Positions 38,824 through 55,231 of a stretch of DNA of 64,000 bases are shown piece after piece. Position 1 is the stretch's first letter. Each line of letters opens with the position of its first letter. The position numbers and the translations under genes are program-made. The notes beneath the pieces were generated by a model. That model saw nothing but the letters and a program-made list of their open reading frames with translations, was not told where the DNA came from and made no database searches. This DNA comes from Eledone cirrhosa (Eukaryota), in assembly GCA_964016885.1 (NCBI GenBank), contig OZ024742.1, positions 22,444,001 through 22,508,000 of the forward strand, read 5' to 3'.

Positions 38824-39529
38824 TCTTAAACGGGTTTGTGTAACATCATTAATAAACTTGAAAGTTATTTCTTTTAAGAGGACAACTCCTTTTCTGAAAT
38901 GGTCAACTTGTGAGATCTCGCAATATCACTTCCTTTACATCAAATCATCCAGGTTTTTCCTATTACTATCTTGACAGATAACAGACAGCAATATGTAAGC
39001 TTTTCCAAGAGATTTCAATATCATCATCGTCAATATCCAGATTTCTGATATTTTCAATAACATCAGAAATATTCTTTTCAATTTGCACAGCATTTGCCAA
39101 ATATATATTCAGTTTTCTTGGCATATTTGAGATAGATCTTTGTATTGTGGGGGCGTATGAAGAGCTAAACCTGCTGCGCACCACTGGGTGATCGGATCAA
39201 CATTTTGCATTTCCATATAACCTTCCCGTATCGACTTTATTTCTGGGAAGCTGGCGAATTATAACAATCAGTTATGTAGACATGCCCTTACCTAAAATGA
39301 GACCAGGCTTTATAGTCCTCCGTTACACAGAGTGGATCAACAGTCGCGATACATAGGAAAAATAATTATGTTTTTATTAGAAAAGAACACATTTTATTTT
39401 ACATATTTAATTTTCCATATTTATTTATCTTTTAATGTGTTCTTTAATCTTTGGAAACATACAAAAACCAAGTGTGTGTGTGTATATATATATATATATA
39501 CTTCGATTTTGTATTTCTTTTGCAAGAAT

Positions 39530-39790
39530 TCCTATCTGAAAACGATGAAACAGTTATTTTTATACTTTCTGAGGGTCATGTTGCCAGTAATAACACGCGC
39601 TCCTGTTGGTTTTAATTCAATTTATTATAAACTTCCAATTCGTTAATTGTCGGATGGTTGTTTATTTGTTTGTTGTCAAATCTTTCGTCACACTCTCTGT
39701 GACCTCATCAGTCACTAATTTGTTATTTTGTGTCTGCTCAATTTTTTGTCCTACAACATCTTGTTTGGTGTATATCGGGAGGTGTCCATA
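39530..39790 (-). mobile_element. Solo PLE pLTR of the 26-27.9 kb family
   Basis: gagggtcatgttgcca.taa and tttcgtcacac...gtgacctcatcag match 27735-27901 in reverse orientation. Confidence 0.7.
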
Positions 39791-40011
39791 ATTAAAAAAA
39801 GATTCTCACTATATTAGTAGAGTATAAGTCTCTTAATTATATCATAGAAATGACTTCTACAGGATCAGAACTGTTTCATTCGCAGGAAATTATTAGGAAA
39901 GTCTTGGACTTCCTTGATAATTTTCTACAAACGAAACAGTTCTAGCCCTGTAGAAGATATATATATATATATATACATATGAATATGTGTGAAATATTTG
40001 GTACTGTTAGG

Positions 40012-40058
<47 letters not shown>

Positions 40059-40183
40059 CATATGTATGTATATATATATATATATATATAACCAAAAGTT
40101 AAACAAGGTTCACTGATTAATCAATGAATATAGTTTTACAATAGATTAGAAGCACTCAACAGTTAAGTTTTCTGGAGTTATTA

Positions 40184-41780
<1,597 letters not shown>

Positions 41781-43659
41781 GAAAGGTATAGAAAGTAGTG
41801 TAGCAAGAAGCCAACAGTATTCCATAATATATAAGTGACTATAGCGTCAAAATGGGAAAATAGTTAACGTAAGATGTGGGAAAAATAATTCAAACTCAAT
41901 TCAAAAAGAATCAGGATATAGATTTATCCAACAGAATTTAGTGAAATCCATTGAAAAATCAATATATATATATAATGGAAAATGATAAAGGCTTACAATG
42001 GTACGGATTTATATGACAGAGTAATGGTTAATAAAATAGACACATAGAGTCCTCTGTCAAACCAGATATATTTGATTATATTTGATTCATTTAGAAAGAT
42101 GTAAAGCAAAGTCTACCAAGTAGCGCCCTCAATAAAATGTAAAATTCATCTTTCGATAGTAATATCTGCCCTCTCATCGTATGTGATATTTCGGTACTAA
42201 ACAGATATTTACCCTGAAGAGTATTGTCGGTTGAACTTAAGTGGAATACAATTGCAGCGTCAATCTGATTGACCGGCAGCTTAACCGTACTGTATATTTC
42301 TCAACAGAAAATAATACAATATTATTTCAAGGAATTTTTAACTAAAGACCAGTAAATATGTTGATGTGTTAGTGCTTTCCGTTCCCTCTGTTTCTATATC
42401 TCTGAAGATCTTTACAAATACGTCCGCCAGGATTTCTTTTCGACGTGTTTGTTTAATTTGACGCCATCATACCGAGATAAAAACTTACTCCCACCTGCTT
42501 TCTGCACAATTTGAACTTTGTCACCAATATCTTCCTAGTGTAGGGAAAACATTTGCTATGAAGCAAATCACAAAAAACAAAAAAATAAAAAAACAAACAA
42601 ACAAGAGAAAACGCGAAGAGATATAAAAAAATATTCAAAACGAATATAGGAAAAACAATCGAATGAGGAAATGAATGTTATAAAAACTATGCGAATTCAA
42701 TGCTGATAAGAAAGCAGTTATAGAAGAGTGAATCTACCCTGGTATATTGTTGGCACTTAATACTTTATTGATACTAGGAAAATGCAAGACAACTGTGGCC
42801 ACGATAAAAGCTGAAACTGAGGAGAGACACAAACATTAATTTGTATCACAAGTCTAAAATCAGGGAGGGTTTTGCGGGTGTGAGAAATTCCCCCTATTAC
42901 TTGAAAAAAAAAAAACCCTAACAAAATTAAAGTCTGTTTGAACAGCTGGAGGCTGTTCAAATCAGTTCTTATCCCGGTTGCTATTGGTACCCAGTTACTG
43001 TTTGTACTGAAAGTCACCTGAGCGGACTGGGTCAAATTGCGATGTTCTAACGATTTTGCTTATTAGTTGCTTTCTTTTCACAAAGCGAACAAAATCAACT
43101 AAATTGAAATGAACCCCACGAAGTTGATCCCACCACAAGTAACAAAAAATCTGCGATGGATTCGAATTGAGGGCAACTGACGTGACGGTCCATTTCATTA
43201 TCTAGCAACTCACATTTCAAGCTACACAGTCGTAGACATGTACGTCCATTGGAGTCAGTCAGTATGAAAATAGCTAGGTTTGATATATAAAGGTTCGGGA
43301 ATTAGATTTAAAAATGAAACCCTAACAAGAATCTACTGGTTTTGACCACATATTGAGGTGTTAGTGACGAGAAACCATAAAAATCATTTAATATATAGAT
43401 CTTATTAAATTTACGGCAGTACCCAATAAAGCTGTGACGAGAAATATCTATAATGCATGCATAGCACAAATTATGTAGTAACATACTTACATAGACATAT
43501 ACATTTGTGTGTATATTGCACAAACACACACACACACACACACACACAAACATATATATATATATATATATATGTACGTACTTCCACATCGGACGCACAT
43601 ACACATTTTATACGCATAAAATATATGAATATAAATAAATACATAAATATATATGAATA

Positions 43660-43744
<85 letters not shown>

Positions 43745-43806
43745 CGAGAGAGAGAGAGATACGAATATATATATATATATATACACACGAATATATATAT
43801 ATAAGA

Positions 43807-43869
<63 letters not shown>

Positions 43870-44154
43870 TGTATGTATGTGTGTGTATGTAAATATGTAT
43901 ATATGTACATATAAGTATAGTGTATTAATCCATTCCGCTTTTATGTAGGGAATATCCCATAAAGAAATATTTCTATAGACTCAGTTGGAACATAAAGAAA
44001 CACAGCCATTGAAAGACATGGTTTAGCTTACCTAATGTAAATGATTTAGCCTGTCTAATGTAAATGGTCTTCTTTCTAACGGGAAATCGATTTTCAACAT
44101 ACATATCATTACACTCACCACTTTACACACACACACACGCACACACACACACAC

Positions 44155-44285
<131 letters not shown>

Positions 44286-44832
44286 TATATATATATGTAT
44301 ATATACATATATACATAGACAAAATTCCAAATAGAGAGTCACACTATGTTAGAGAAGCAGAGTGACTGATACTCTAATAAAATATCTTCAGTGGAGAAAC
44401 TAAGAAAAAAGTATGTTCAGGTATTTTGCAATAACACCTGAAGATGTTTATCAGAATTTTCATTCACTTCAACACTTGAGTTCTCACTTACACGTGTAAG
44501 AAGCTTATAAAGTAAAGCAATGTTCAACGAACTTCGGATACGAACTTTGGAGTTTGAACAAAGAAAAAGGGAAATACGACATATATTTCATCCAACCTAT
44601 GTGTGACACTATTTTATATTAATAGGAACTAACCTTTTCTGGATTAAACGTAATTCTATAACTTTTGTGTGTGTGTGTTACAAGAACAGTGTGTCAGTAC
44701 CGAATAACTCGATTAATAATTATATTTTAACATTTTAAGAAAAGAAAATTCTGTAGTCTTGAGTCATTTTAACATACAAAATTTATATATAAATTTGAGC
44801 GACTTCCGTCCGACCGTCACACAATGTGTGTG

Positions 44833-44926
<94 letters not shown>

Positions 44927-45663
44927 AAAGGAAGGGGATGATAAAAAAACTATAGCAAAACAGCGGCTGGCGTGTGAGTGAATGTGTATGCGTGTGTTTG
45001 TGTGAATGTATGTGTATTTGTGTGAATGTATGCGTGTGCTTGTGTGAATGTATGTCTGTGAGTGTGTATATTTGAAAGAGTTTGTGTTTGTGCGTATATA
45101 TTTATAAACTCATAGATATAAATGTATCCATATGCACATACACACATGCACATACATATGTGTCAGTGTGTTGGAAAAAATTGTGGTATAATTAAAAATA
45201 TTCAGTGAAATATACTTGGTCTGAAATATTCTTCATGCTGTCTTACCTCTGAGATCCAATAATGTACAGGAATGACATCACACAGTGAAATAAATAAAAG
45301 CAATGGAAACATAAAACCAAACCAAACCAAACCGACCACCAATTCACTGTCAAATAATTTGAATCGGATTAGACAGAGAGAAAGAAAAGATCAAAAAAAA
45401 AAAAAAAAAAAGAATATATTTATTTGCCGTTGTGCTGCCAAATGATGCCGAAAGCCACTGACCCGCATCTCCGGTCAAGAAGGCGACAGCAACAGGACAA
45501 TAACATCGACCCCGTATACATATATATATATTTTTTCAGTGTGGTCTACCCTTCGTGGTAGGGTCTGTACCGTTGGTGTAACTTAATAATCTGATGGCGA
45601 GTAATCGTAAAACAATGATATGAATAGGTAAAATAACTTGACTTTATTGTTATTATTTTCATT

Positions 45664-46098
45664 TTGGCAGTATCGGTAGAGGGTCGGGCGCCATGCTTTC
45701 CAGCATAGTTACGTCCCTTTACGATCTGAGTTCAAATCCCGCCGAGGTTGACTTTGCCTTTCATCCTTACGGGGTCGATAAAATAAAGTACCAGTAATGC
45801 ACTGGTTAATTGCTGGCCTTGTGCCTAAAGTAGAAACAATTATTTTCATTGTTAAATTAATACCTAATACACAGACAGACAGACAGACACACACATACAC
45901 ACATATATATATATAATTGTTTCTACTTTTGGCACAAGGCCAGCAATTATATCAGTGTATTACTGGTACTTTATTTTATCGATCCCGTAAGGATAAAAGG
46001 CAAAGTTAACCTCGGCGGGATTTGAACTTAGACCATAAAGGGCCGTAACTCTTTGCTGCAAAGCATGGCGTCCGACCCTCTACCGATACTGCCAATCC
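45664..46098. mobile_element. Inverted tail-to-tail SINE pair (+45664-45842, -45915-46098)
   Basis: Two similar family copies in opposite orientation, about 70 bp apart. Confidence 0.9.
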
Positions 46099-46319
46099 GA
46101 TGCCATATATACAAAATAGAAACACAGATACACCCACATGCACAAACGTAACTCTTCCCGCGGTACAAAGCAGCCCTTCCAGCTGCGGGGCCTCGTCGTG
46201 TGGCAAACTTACAGCGAAACCCGCTACAAGTGAATTTTCTTTGGAGGGTGGAGGTGACGAAAATGGAAGAAATCAAGAGGTTTGATACAACAACAAGTTT
46301 GTTGTTTGTTCAGACCTCA

Positions 46320-46503
46320 GATTTCAGTAATATTGGTACAAGGCCAACAATTTTGAGCGGAGGGGAAAGTGGATTAAATCGACTACAGGTCATTACTGGT
46401 ACTTTATTTCATTGACCCCGTAAACTCAGATCGTAAAGGACCGTAACTCTATGCCATAAATCATGTTGTCCGACGCTCCACCGATGCTGCCAATCCATTG
46501 CCC
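46320..46503 (-). mobile_element. tRNA-derived SINE, internally deleted
   Basis: Family core and head are present but the gaaaggcaaag segment is missing. Confidence 0.75.
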
Positions 46504-47184
46504 TAGATTTCAATAATATTGAAAACTGTTTTACCTTTAACATGTCCTCGCTCAGTTAAACAAATATCACGGTAGGTGTAATTGTCAATAAAATATTTAC
46601 TAAGTTCGACAAATATTCCTGGTCATGTCACATTTCCCATTAATACGTATTGCCATTGAAATGATTGATTCGATCTCAAAACACCTTTGATTTTTTATCG
46701 ATTAAGTTTAAAGTTTGTGTTATTGTGATTGTTTGATCACTGTTGATTTTATATCTTGAGATTTCTCCTATTTAGAGGAGTTATAGCATCAGTGAAGTTT
46801 ATGGTCCGCTGAAAACGACTAATAAGCCTGAAACATGTCCAGAGTTGTCTCCCGTATTTTTTGAAATTTTTATTTGAATAACAAGCTTGGAAACAGGCCT
46901 GAGGTTGTCCCGGTTTCTTTGGCTTTAAACGACTTAGAATACAACACGTTTCTCTTGGACATAACGCTAGTCTATCACAATGTTAATCTCCAGTTGCTGC
47001 TTCTGTTTATCATCAATTGAGCGGACTGGGGCAACGACCTGAAATAATTAGGATATTATTCATTGGTCTAGTGTTGCGTTCATCTCGTTAGTTTCTCTAA
47101 TTAGATATTTTAGATATTTGCTTTCAATGCTTTTGACAGCTTTTGAAGAAAACGAAATAATAGTGAAATGAGGTTATATGAGAA

Positions 47185-47395
47185 GTTGTGGTGATGGTAG
47201 TACTGTGGTAATCTCAAAGGTGGTGGTGATGGTGATACTGTAGTTATATAAGAGTGGTGGTGATGGTAGTGATGGTGGTAATGGTGGTGATAGTGGTGGT
47301 GCTGTGGTAATATGAGAGGTGGTGGTGATGGTGATACTGTGGTTATATAAGAGTGGTGGTGATGGTAATACTGTGGTAATATCAGAGGTGGTGAT
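47185..47395. repeat. Degenerate GGT/GAT-rich minisatellite
   Basis: Repeated gtggtgatggtgatactgtggt-like units. Confidence 0.8.
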
Positions 47396-47723
47396 ATATA
47401 TATCAGATAGGGTGTGTTAAAAACCAGGTAGACTATAACCCACCAGAGTACTCGATACTTGGGATAGTAGAGTGGGTAATACGAATATATTCAGGACCCT
47501 GACGCCTTAGGTCGGATGTAGCTGTCGAAACGGCCGGAGCTCAGCCGTCAGGATCCTGAATCTTTTCATATTACACTCACACACATGAGTATATATCATG
47601 AGTGTATATCGTTTTTTTAGATTCTGATATCCTCGTGGTTCGTGTAGTCAACCTGGAAGTATATCTCCCAGGGTAACGTAGCCTTGTCATTGTCATTTCA
47701 TTATTATCACTATCTGAATATTG

Positions 47724-47768
<45 letters not shown>

Positions 47769-47975
47769 AGCATATATACATCTATACATATATGTTTATT
47801 TATATATATATACCTGCAAGTATACATGTATAAATACATATGTATATATAAGTCTCTCTCTCCCTCTCTCTCTCTCTATATATATATATACGTGCATATG
47901 TACATGTATACAGATATATATATACATATATATGTATACATACATGTATGTATATATGTATATATATATATAAAT

Positions 47976-48019
<44 letters not shown>

Positions 48020-48021
<2 letters not shown>

Positions 48022-48213
48022 CGAAGGAGTTGTGGTAAGGAGCCAGATGGACCATAACGCACCAGAGTACTCAATACTTAGGGTAGTAGAGTGCGTAATA
48101 GGAGAAAGTATGACCCCAACGGCAGAGCTCAAGCCGTTTCGACGGCTATTTTTTTTTAGTCCAGAAATAGTTGTCGAAACGGGTTGAGCTCTGCCGTCGG
48201 GGTCGTACTTTCT

Positions 48214-48216
<3 letters not shown>
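48020..48216. mobile_element. Short (TA)n-embedded fold-back element; relatives at 28005-28135, 55748-55885 and 47405-47565
   Basis: Shared leader aacgaagg...cataacgcacca..gtactcaatactta..gtagtagagt and GAAACggcttgagctctgccGTCggggtc. Internal palindrome at about 48098-48216. Confidence 0.8.
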
Positions 48217-48273
<57 letters not shown>

Positions 48274-48384
48274 TATATTTATATATATATACATATATAA
48301 ATGTCTCTCTCTATATATATATGTATGTATATAATGTATATATATATATATATATGTGTGTGTCGGTCCATCTCTCTCTGGTTA

Positions 48385-48470
48385 TATTGTTATATTCTGT
48401 CTATGTAAAGAACGGCATCTGGTAATGATGTGGTCAATTGTTTCACTGTTTTCATTACACAGTCTACATA
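48385..48470 (-). pseudogene. Remnant CCHC zinc knuckle of a non-LTR retrotransposon (R4/Dong-like)
   Basis: The minus strand reads CRLCNENSETIDHIITRC. The upstream region to about 49.3 kb is too decayed to translate. Confidence 0.55.
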
Positions 48471-49584
48471 TATATTATTTACTTTCCTTTACTAAGTTTT
48501 GTTTTCTTCAGCTAAAATCATTTGCTGTTTTTGCTGTTAGTTTTTACTTGTTTTGAATCAGATTTTGTATTAACTCATTTCGCCTCTGTCCAATCTTGCA
48601 GCATTTTTTACTCCACCTTTTCTTAGTACATTCTTGATTTCTACTTCGATATTATAGTTTGTGTGTGTGTCAGTATTTTTAAATGCTTTCTGTTGTTTCC
48701 TAATCTCTTCCTTCGGTGTAATTAGTTTCTAGTTTGTACTTTATCGTATATAAGGATATACAGAGAGAAATCTTCTTTCTCTTTATTTTTTTTTTATATT
48801 CTCATACTCTAATTATAGTAATCAGCCAATCTTTACTGGCTGCCAAAGTTTTTTCTTGTTCCACTTTGCTTACTTTTTATAAATTCTCTGTTTGTTTAAC
48901 ATGGACTCCGACATGGTCGAATTGTTAAGGAGCACGTTTCATAAACATATGGTTCAGGTTTCTGTTTCATTTCAAGTTATATTGGGAAAGGTTTTTTAAC
49001 GTAGCCCCAGTCTCATTTAAGCTTTGTGGGTGATATTATAAGAGGCGCAAACTGTGTGGAATATCATATGTCTGATTATTCCCCCCTCTCTACGTCTGCC
49101 GTTGCCCAATAGTCATTGCTCTTTCCATCTTTTTCGTCATATTTATGGCATTTATAGTGCTTTCATCTACTTTTTTCTACAGCCTAATCTGCCCTTTTTT
49201 ACCCTTTCCACATTTTTTTCATTACTTAATTTTGTTTTTATACTTGACATAATATGTTTATGTATAACTATAATTCAAAGATATACTCTTATCACACGTA
49301 CTTCGCTGTGTTCCAAGGATCATTACGTTATGAGAACCCATGTCTGTGAAATAACCAGCAACTGGCACCTTGATTTAAATTGAAGATCGTTCTGTTCACC
49401 ACAGAACTGGTATAATCTTCATCATTGAAACAGAAGAAGGTATATTTTATTAATCCACTTCCCCACCTTTTCACTAAAAACACTTCTATACTAGCGGATA
49501 TACCTTCACTAAGACCTATCCTAGAACAATCTTTGAAAGCTTAGGTAGCATGCAACCCTGTTGAGAATATACATATAATGTCGC

Positions 49585-49655
<71 letters not shown>

Positions 49656-49664
49656 CATTTAACG

Positions 49665-49703
<39 letters not shown>

Positions 49704-49714
49704 AGGGTAAACAT

Positions 49715-49903
49715 TAATTGTTTCTACTTTAGGCACAAGGCCAGCAATTACCCAGTTCATTACTGGTACTTTATTTTATCGACCCCGTAAGGATGAAAGG
49801 CAAAGTCAACCTCGGCGGGATTTGAACTCAGATCGTAAAGGGACGTAACTATGTTGGAAAGCATGGCGTCCGACCCTCTACCGATACTGCCAATCCACTG
49901 CCC
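49715..49903 (-). mobile_element. tRNA-derived SINE, full length
   Basis: Family core with A/B boxes on the minus strand. Confidence 0.9.
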
Positions 49904-50024
49904 TTAAACATTAATGCAATTCAATCAATCACTCAACGTTCTTTTTCCACATAGGAGTGACGGAGTAAATATCGAATAAGGAAAAACGAAGTAGTTTCAG
50001 ATGTTCAAGTCCTTTAATAATAAT

Positions 50025-50098
50025 GCTGTGATATATATTTCAATGACGACACTGGCCACACTGTTCTGTGTGCGAGTGTCGTGTCATCATCAGACAGC
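50025..50098 (-). ncRNA. Type-I hammerhead with long stem II
   Basis: GCUGU-CUGAUGA-ugacACGACACU...AGUGUCGUcauu-GAAA-UAUAUA-UC-ACAGC. Perfect stem I, AUC site. Confidence 0.8.
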
Positions 50099-51119
50099 TT
50101 GTTACATAATAAGGTTATGTTTCCGAGGCAATCCAAATTGAATCGACATGGGAACGGATAAATTGCGTGCTTTTGGGTTTTTCATCCGTTCCCTTGTGAG
50201 TACCAATTCACCCCCACCGGTCTGCGCAAGCGCATGTCCGAAGGAAGTTGACCGTTAGCCACCGCAGATTTCAACGAAATTCGCTTAGTTCACCCTCTCA
50301 GTCAAACAATGGCCTACCCATCCCGTACTATATTTTACTGCTACCCATCACGACTGTGGCAGACAGCCGAAGGCCAGAGGGTATGGGAGAGTGTTAGTTT
50401 TTACAGGTCATAATACAACCCCTCACTAAGCGTTGACAGTATGACTGACCATCACCTCATAAGGGAAAATAAACTTAATTCTAGGTATCATGGTTTTACT
50501 TTGGAAGTTAAGAGTGAGAGTTGGAAATAAAAATTAAAAATTAAAATCCTAAATCAAATATCAGAAATTATAAATTAAACAATTAAAAAATAAAAAAAAT
50601 TTTCAGGTGATATTTCGGATTGAGGTGAGTAAAAATATAGATTGAAGTGAGTAAATAATATGGAGAGAGATGTTTAAGTAATAAGTTCTGAGAGGGTTCT
50701 AGTGTCACAGTTACTCTATCCACATATTAAATGACAGTGCCGTACACTAAAACGGAGGGCAAACTACAGGGTTCAAGGCATTAGTCAATCTGGTCATAAT
50801 TTCCATCACATGGAACAAAATCAAAGAAAAACAGACATAAAGTACACAAAAGAAAAGAACAGAACCAATAGTGAATAAATGCAAAAACACACAGTACATA
50901 TATGCAAAATGATCCATATGATTGTCCATCTGTCCATGTATAGATTGAAGTGAGGGGGCTTCTGTTCAATTTGAACAGAAGCCCCCTCACTTCGAGGGAC
51001 AAAAGAGGGCGTTTGGCCTGAATGGGTTGAGAACCTGTGATATAGATGATAAATATATGGGTGATATATATAGTTGATACATATAGTCATTTGCCAAGTA
51101 GCGTATGCCAGTTATTTAT

Positions 51120-51159
51120 GCCCTTGAGAAGCCCAACTGGGCGAAACGTACGTAGGTGC
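51120..51159 (+). ncRNA. Hammerhead variant with U3-A8 core
   Basis: GCCC-UUGAGAA-GCCC(AACU)GGGC-GAAAC-GUAC-GUA-GGuGC, about 55 nt before a long (TA)n. Stem I is short and bulged. Confidence 0.75.
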
Positions 51160-51214
51160 TGTTTTAAATAACCATGTTTTAACGGTCTATTCTCCGATTT
51201 CTTACTTTTCCACG

Positions 51215-51510
<296 letters not shown>

Positions 51511-51735
51511 TAAAAAAATAATGAATAAAACAATGAAACAGTTCCTTATATTAAACAAAAAATGTTCATTATTTAACGAAATTTAGGGCTAATGTCTCTG
51601 TTTGTTTATAATCCACAGACAAAATATACATACATATACATATATATATATACACACATATATACACACATATACATACATTCATACACACACACTCATA
51701 TATACATAAACACACACATACCTACGAACACATAC

Positions 51736-51766
<31 letters not shown>

Positions 51767-52167
51767 TACGTATATATTATTATTATAACTATATGGATAT
51801 TGAGGCGCACACATAAACACGGCCACACACACTTACATCTAGATGCAGAATTAAAAGGAGGTAAGGGAGTAAGTAATTAAAAGAGGGTGTCAGACTCAGC
51901 ATATTTATAAAAATGTATCTATAAATTTAGAAATAAAAAGAAATATAATAAAAGAAATATAATAACAAAAATAAAAACATAAAAAAACATAAAAGAGAGA
52001 CATAAAATATACATGCTTATATACATACGCACATTTACACATCCATACGTTCGATACATACATACGTACACACACACACATACACATACTTAACCTCACG
52101 CATATTAACCTGTTTGTATGCATATACATAAAAACAAGTAAAACATATACTCATACATATTAAGACA

Positions 52168-52219
<52 letters not shown>

Positions 52220-52222
52220 TAC

Positions 52223-52261
<39 letters not shown>

Positions 52262-52483
52262 CACACAACACACATATATACATATATGTACACACACATA
52301 CACACACGTACATATATATATATATATATACATATATATATACACACATATATATACACACACATATATATACATACACACACATATACGTATATATACA
52401 TACACACACATACCCATGTATATATACACACAACCACACACACACACACTCAGACATACATAAATATAGAGACATACATACAA

Positions 52484-52568
<85 letters not shown>

Positions 52569-52685
52569 CATATATATATATACATATATATATATACATA
52601 TATATATATACATATATATATATACATATATATATATACATATATATATATATACATATATATATATACATATATATATATATAC

Positions 52686-52743
<58 letters not shown>

Positions 52744-52835
52744 ATAAATACACACAGTCAGACAATTATGCACATCTATACACATACATACACACATCTC
52801 TACAAATACATATACATACACATACATACATACAC

Positions 52836-52883
<48 letters not shown>

Positions 52884-53164
52884 TCATACACACTTATTTA
52901 CATGCGCACATATGCATTTTTATACTCACATACAAACACACAAACATACATACATACTTACATACACATACATACCTCCACGCTTACAAATACGAATAAT
53001 TATGGGGGGGGGGGATTAAAATTATTAGTGGGAAATAGTAAATATAGGTTTCAAGGAACATAGAATATTAATCTGCATTTAAATCATAATATGTGTTTAC
53101 ATAGTAGTGTCAGTATTAGGAAATGGTATTTGTAAGAAAGAAGGCTAAATTATGCATTTTAATA

Positions 53165-54060
53165 TAAGTAGACTATTAATTATAGGTTAATTAAAGTAAA
53201 AATAGTTAATATATTAATTTCTAAGGTGTATACTACTTAAGTTTATAATATTTAAAGCGGAATTTTGAAGTTAAACAGTAGTAGAGTATTAATTATAGCA
53301 TAACTAAATTAAAAATATTAACATGATGGTATCAATTTTAGGAAATGAATTTTGTAATAGGGAAAGCCAAATCAAGTATTTCATCGGTAGTAGAATATTA
53401 ATTATAGGTTAACTAAATTAAAAATTATATATTAATTTCTATAGTATATGTTAATTAGGTTTATAATAATTAAAGCAAAATTTTGTATTTTATCTATAGT
53501 AGAATATAATTATAGGTTAACTAAATTAAAATTAATCTATATATTTATTTGTAAAGAATATATTAATTAGGTATATATTTAAAAGTTTTTCTCAGTTTAT
53601 GATTACATGATATTCTGCAATCCATCTGTATTAGAATTTTAATTTTAAGCTAACTAAATTAAAATTATAGGTTAACTAAATTAAAATTAATTTATAAATT
53701 AATTTCTAAATTGTATATTAATTAGGTTTATAACATTAAAAAGTATTTCTCTGTTATTGATTACACGATATTTTGTTATATTTCATCTGTAAAGGAATTT
53801 TAATAAAAGGTTAAATAAACTAAAATTAATCTATATATTAATTTCCAAAGTATATATTAATTATGTTAATAATATTTAAAAGTTTTTCACAGTTTATGAT
53901 TACACGATATTTTTTAATTTCATCTGTAGTAGAATTTTAATTAAATTAAAATTATAGGTTAACTACATTTAAATTAATTTATATATTAATTTCTAAAATA
54001 TATATTATTAATTAGGTTTATAATATTTAAATGTTTTTCTCAGTTTATGATTACACGATA
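53165..54060. repeat. Degenerate AT-rich tandem repeat (period about 120-155 bp) derived from the PLE ORF 3' end
   Basis: attataggttaactaaattaaaatta and gtttttctcagtttatgattacacgatat recur several times. Confidence 0.75.
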
Positions 54061-54344
54061 TAATTAATTCCTGTCGCTTATTTAATAGGATATCCTTAGA
54101 TTTCATTATTTCAAATAGTTCTTGGGAACACAATCTACATTCATTTCTATTATTTTGATAAGGGGTGGCTCTTTTGAGCACACTCCAGGTCATATCATAT
54201 TCTATATTCTTATTTCTATAACTATTAATTTTTTCTGCTAGAGATCTTGTATTAGCCAGTGCGGCATTTTTAAAACTATGTTTGTGGGTATTAAACCGTA
54301 CCTTAAAATTGTTAGAAGTAGCTCCTATATATGAGCAAATAGAA

Positions 54345-54345
<1 letters not shown>
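54008..54345 (-). pseudogene. PLE GIY-YIG endonuclease 3' fragment
   Basis: SYIGATSNNFKVRFNTHKHSF...MTWSVLKRATPY...CRLCSQE...LLNKRQELIISCNH. Confidence 0.85.
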
Positions 54346-54378
<33 letters not shown>

Positions 54379-54382
<4 letters not shown>

Positions 54383-55157
54383 GATGAGATTCTACAGGAC
54401 TAGAACTGTTTCATTCATTAGAAATCATCAGGAATCTGGGTATCAAAAAATAAATATGGTATTTATAGGTCTCTACAAGTGGTAGGAGAGGGTGGGGAGT
54501 GGGATGGGTGCAGGTCATTGGTTGATAGAAAAGGGAATTCATTAAAAGCTAATTCTACAAAGCTATAGTTTATTTTTATTTTTATTTATATTTATTTATG
54601 TTTTTAGAGTAACAAAGGCAGACAGAGTTCTATAAACAGGTTCCGGATGGCATACCATTCCTTGTCAATAAGTTTCTCTTAAGCTAACAGATGTCTATAA
54701 AATCAGTGGGGGGTCAGTCATGGTCGATAGAATTAAAGAAAAGGGAGATTCTTTAAAAGCTAAAGTCATTAAGGTCATTTAGCTTTTAAAGAATCTCCCT
54801 TTTCTTTAATTCTATCGACCATGACTGACCCCCCACTGATTTTATAGACATCTGTTAGCTTAAGAGAAACTTATTGACAAGGAATGGTATGCCATCCGGA
54901 ACCTGTTTATAGAACTCTGTCTGCCTTTGTTACTCTAAAAACATAAATAAATATAAATAAAAATAAACTATAGCTTTGTAGAATTAGCTTTTAATGAATT
55001 CCCTTTTCTATCAACCAATGACCTGCACCCATCCCACTCCTCACCCTCTCCTACCACTTGTAGAGACCTATAAATACCATATTTATTTTTTGATACCCAG
55101 ATTCCTGATGATTTCTAATGAATGAAACAGTTCTAGTCCTGTAGAATCTCATCTATA
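54379..55157. repeat. Large palindrome, arms of about 385 bp with a 13-bp spacer
   Basis: Arms 54379-54764 and 54778-55157 differ by one substitution and one 6-bp indel as far as can be read. CTGATGA-t-ttc(taat)gaa-t-GAAAC lies near the outer ends. Confidence 0.95.
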
Positions 55158-55231
55158 TTAAAACTGTTATACTCTGCTATGTATTGAGTACCTTACTTAC
55201 TGTGGTTACCTCCGATTCAACCCGGAATAAC

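Noticed and set aside
38880-39330. Unique-looking minus-strand 72-aa ORF as a possible host exon
   Set aside because: No recognisable domain or supportable splice structure. A homology search would be needed.
46805-46845. CTGAAAA...GAAACatGTC (similar CTGAAAA motifs near 25969 and 39536)
   Set aside because: C3-A8 mismatch and no convincing stems I/II. At most a decayed remnant.
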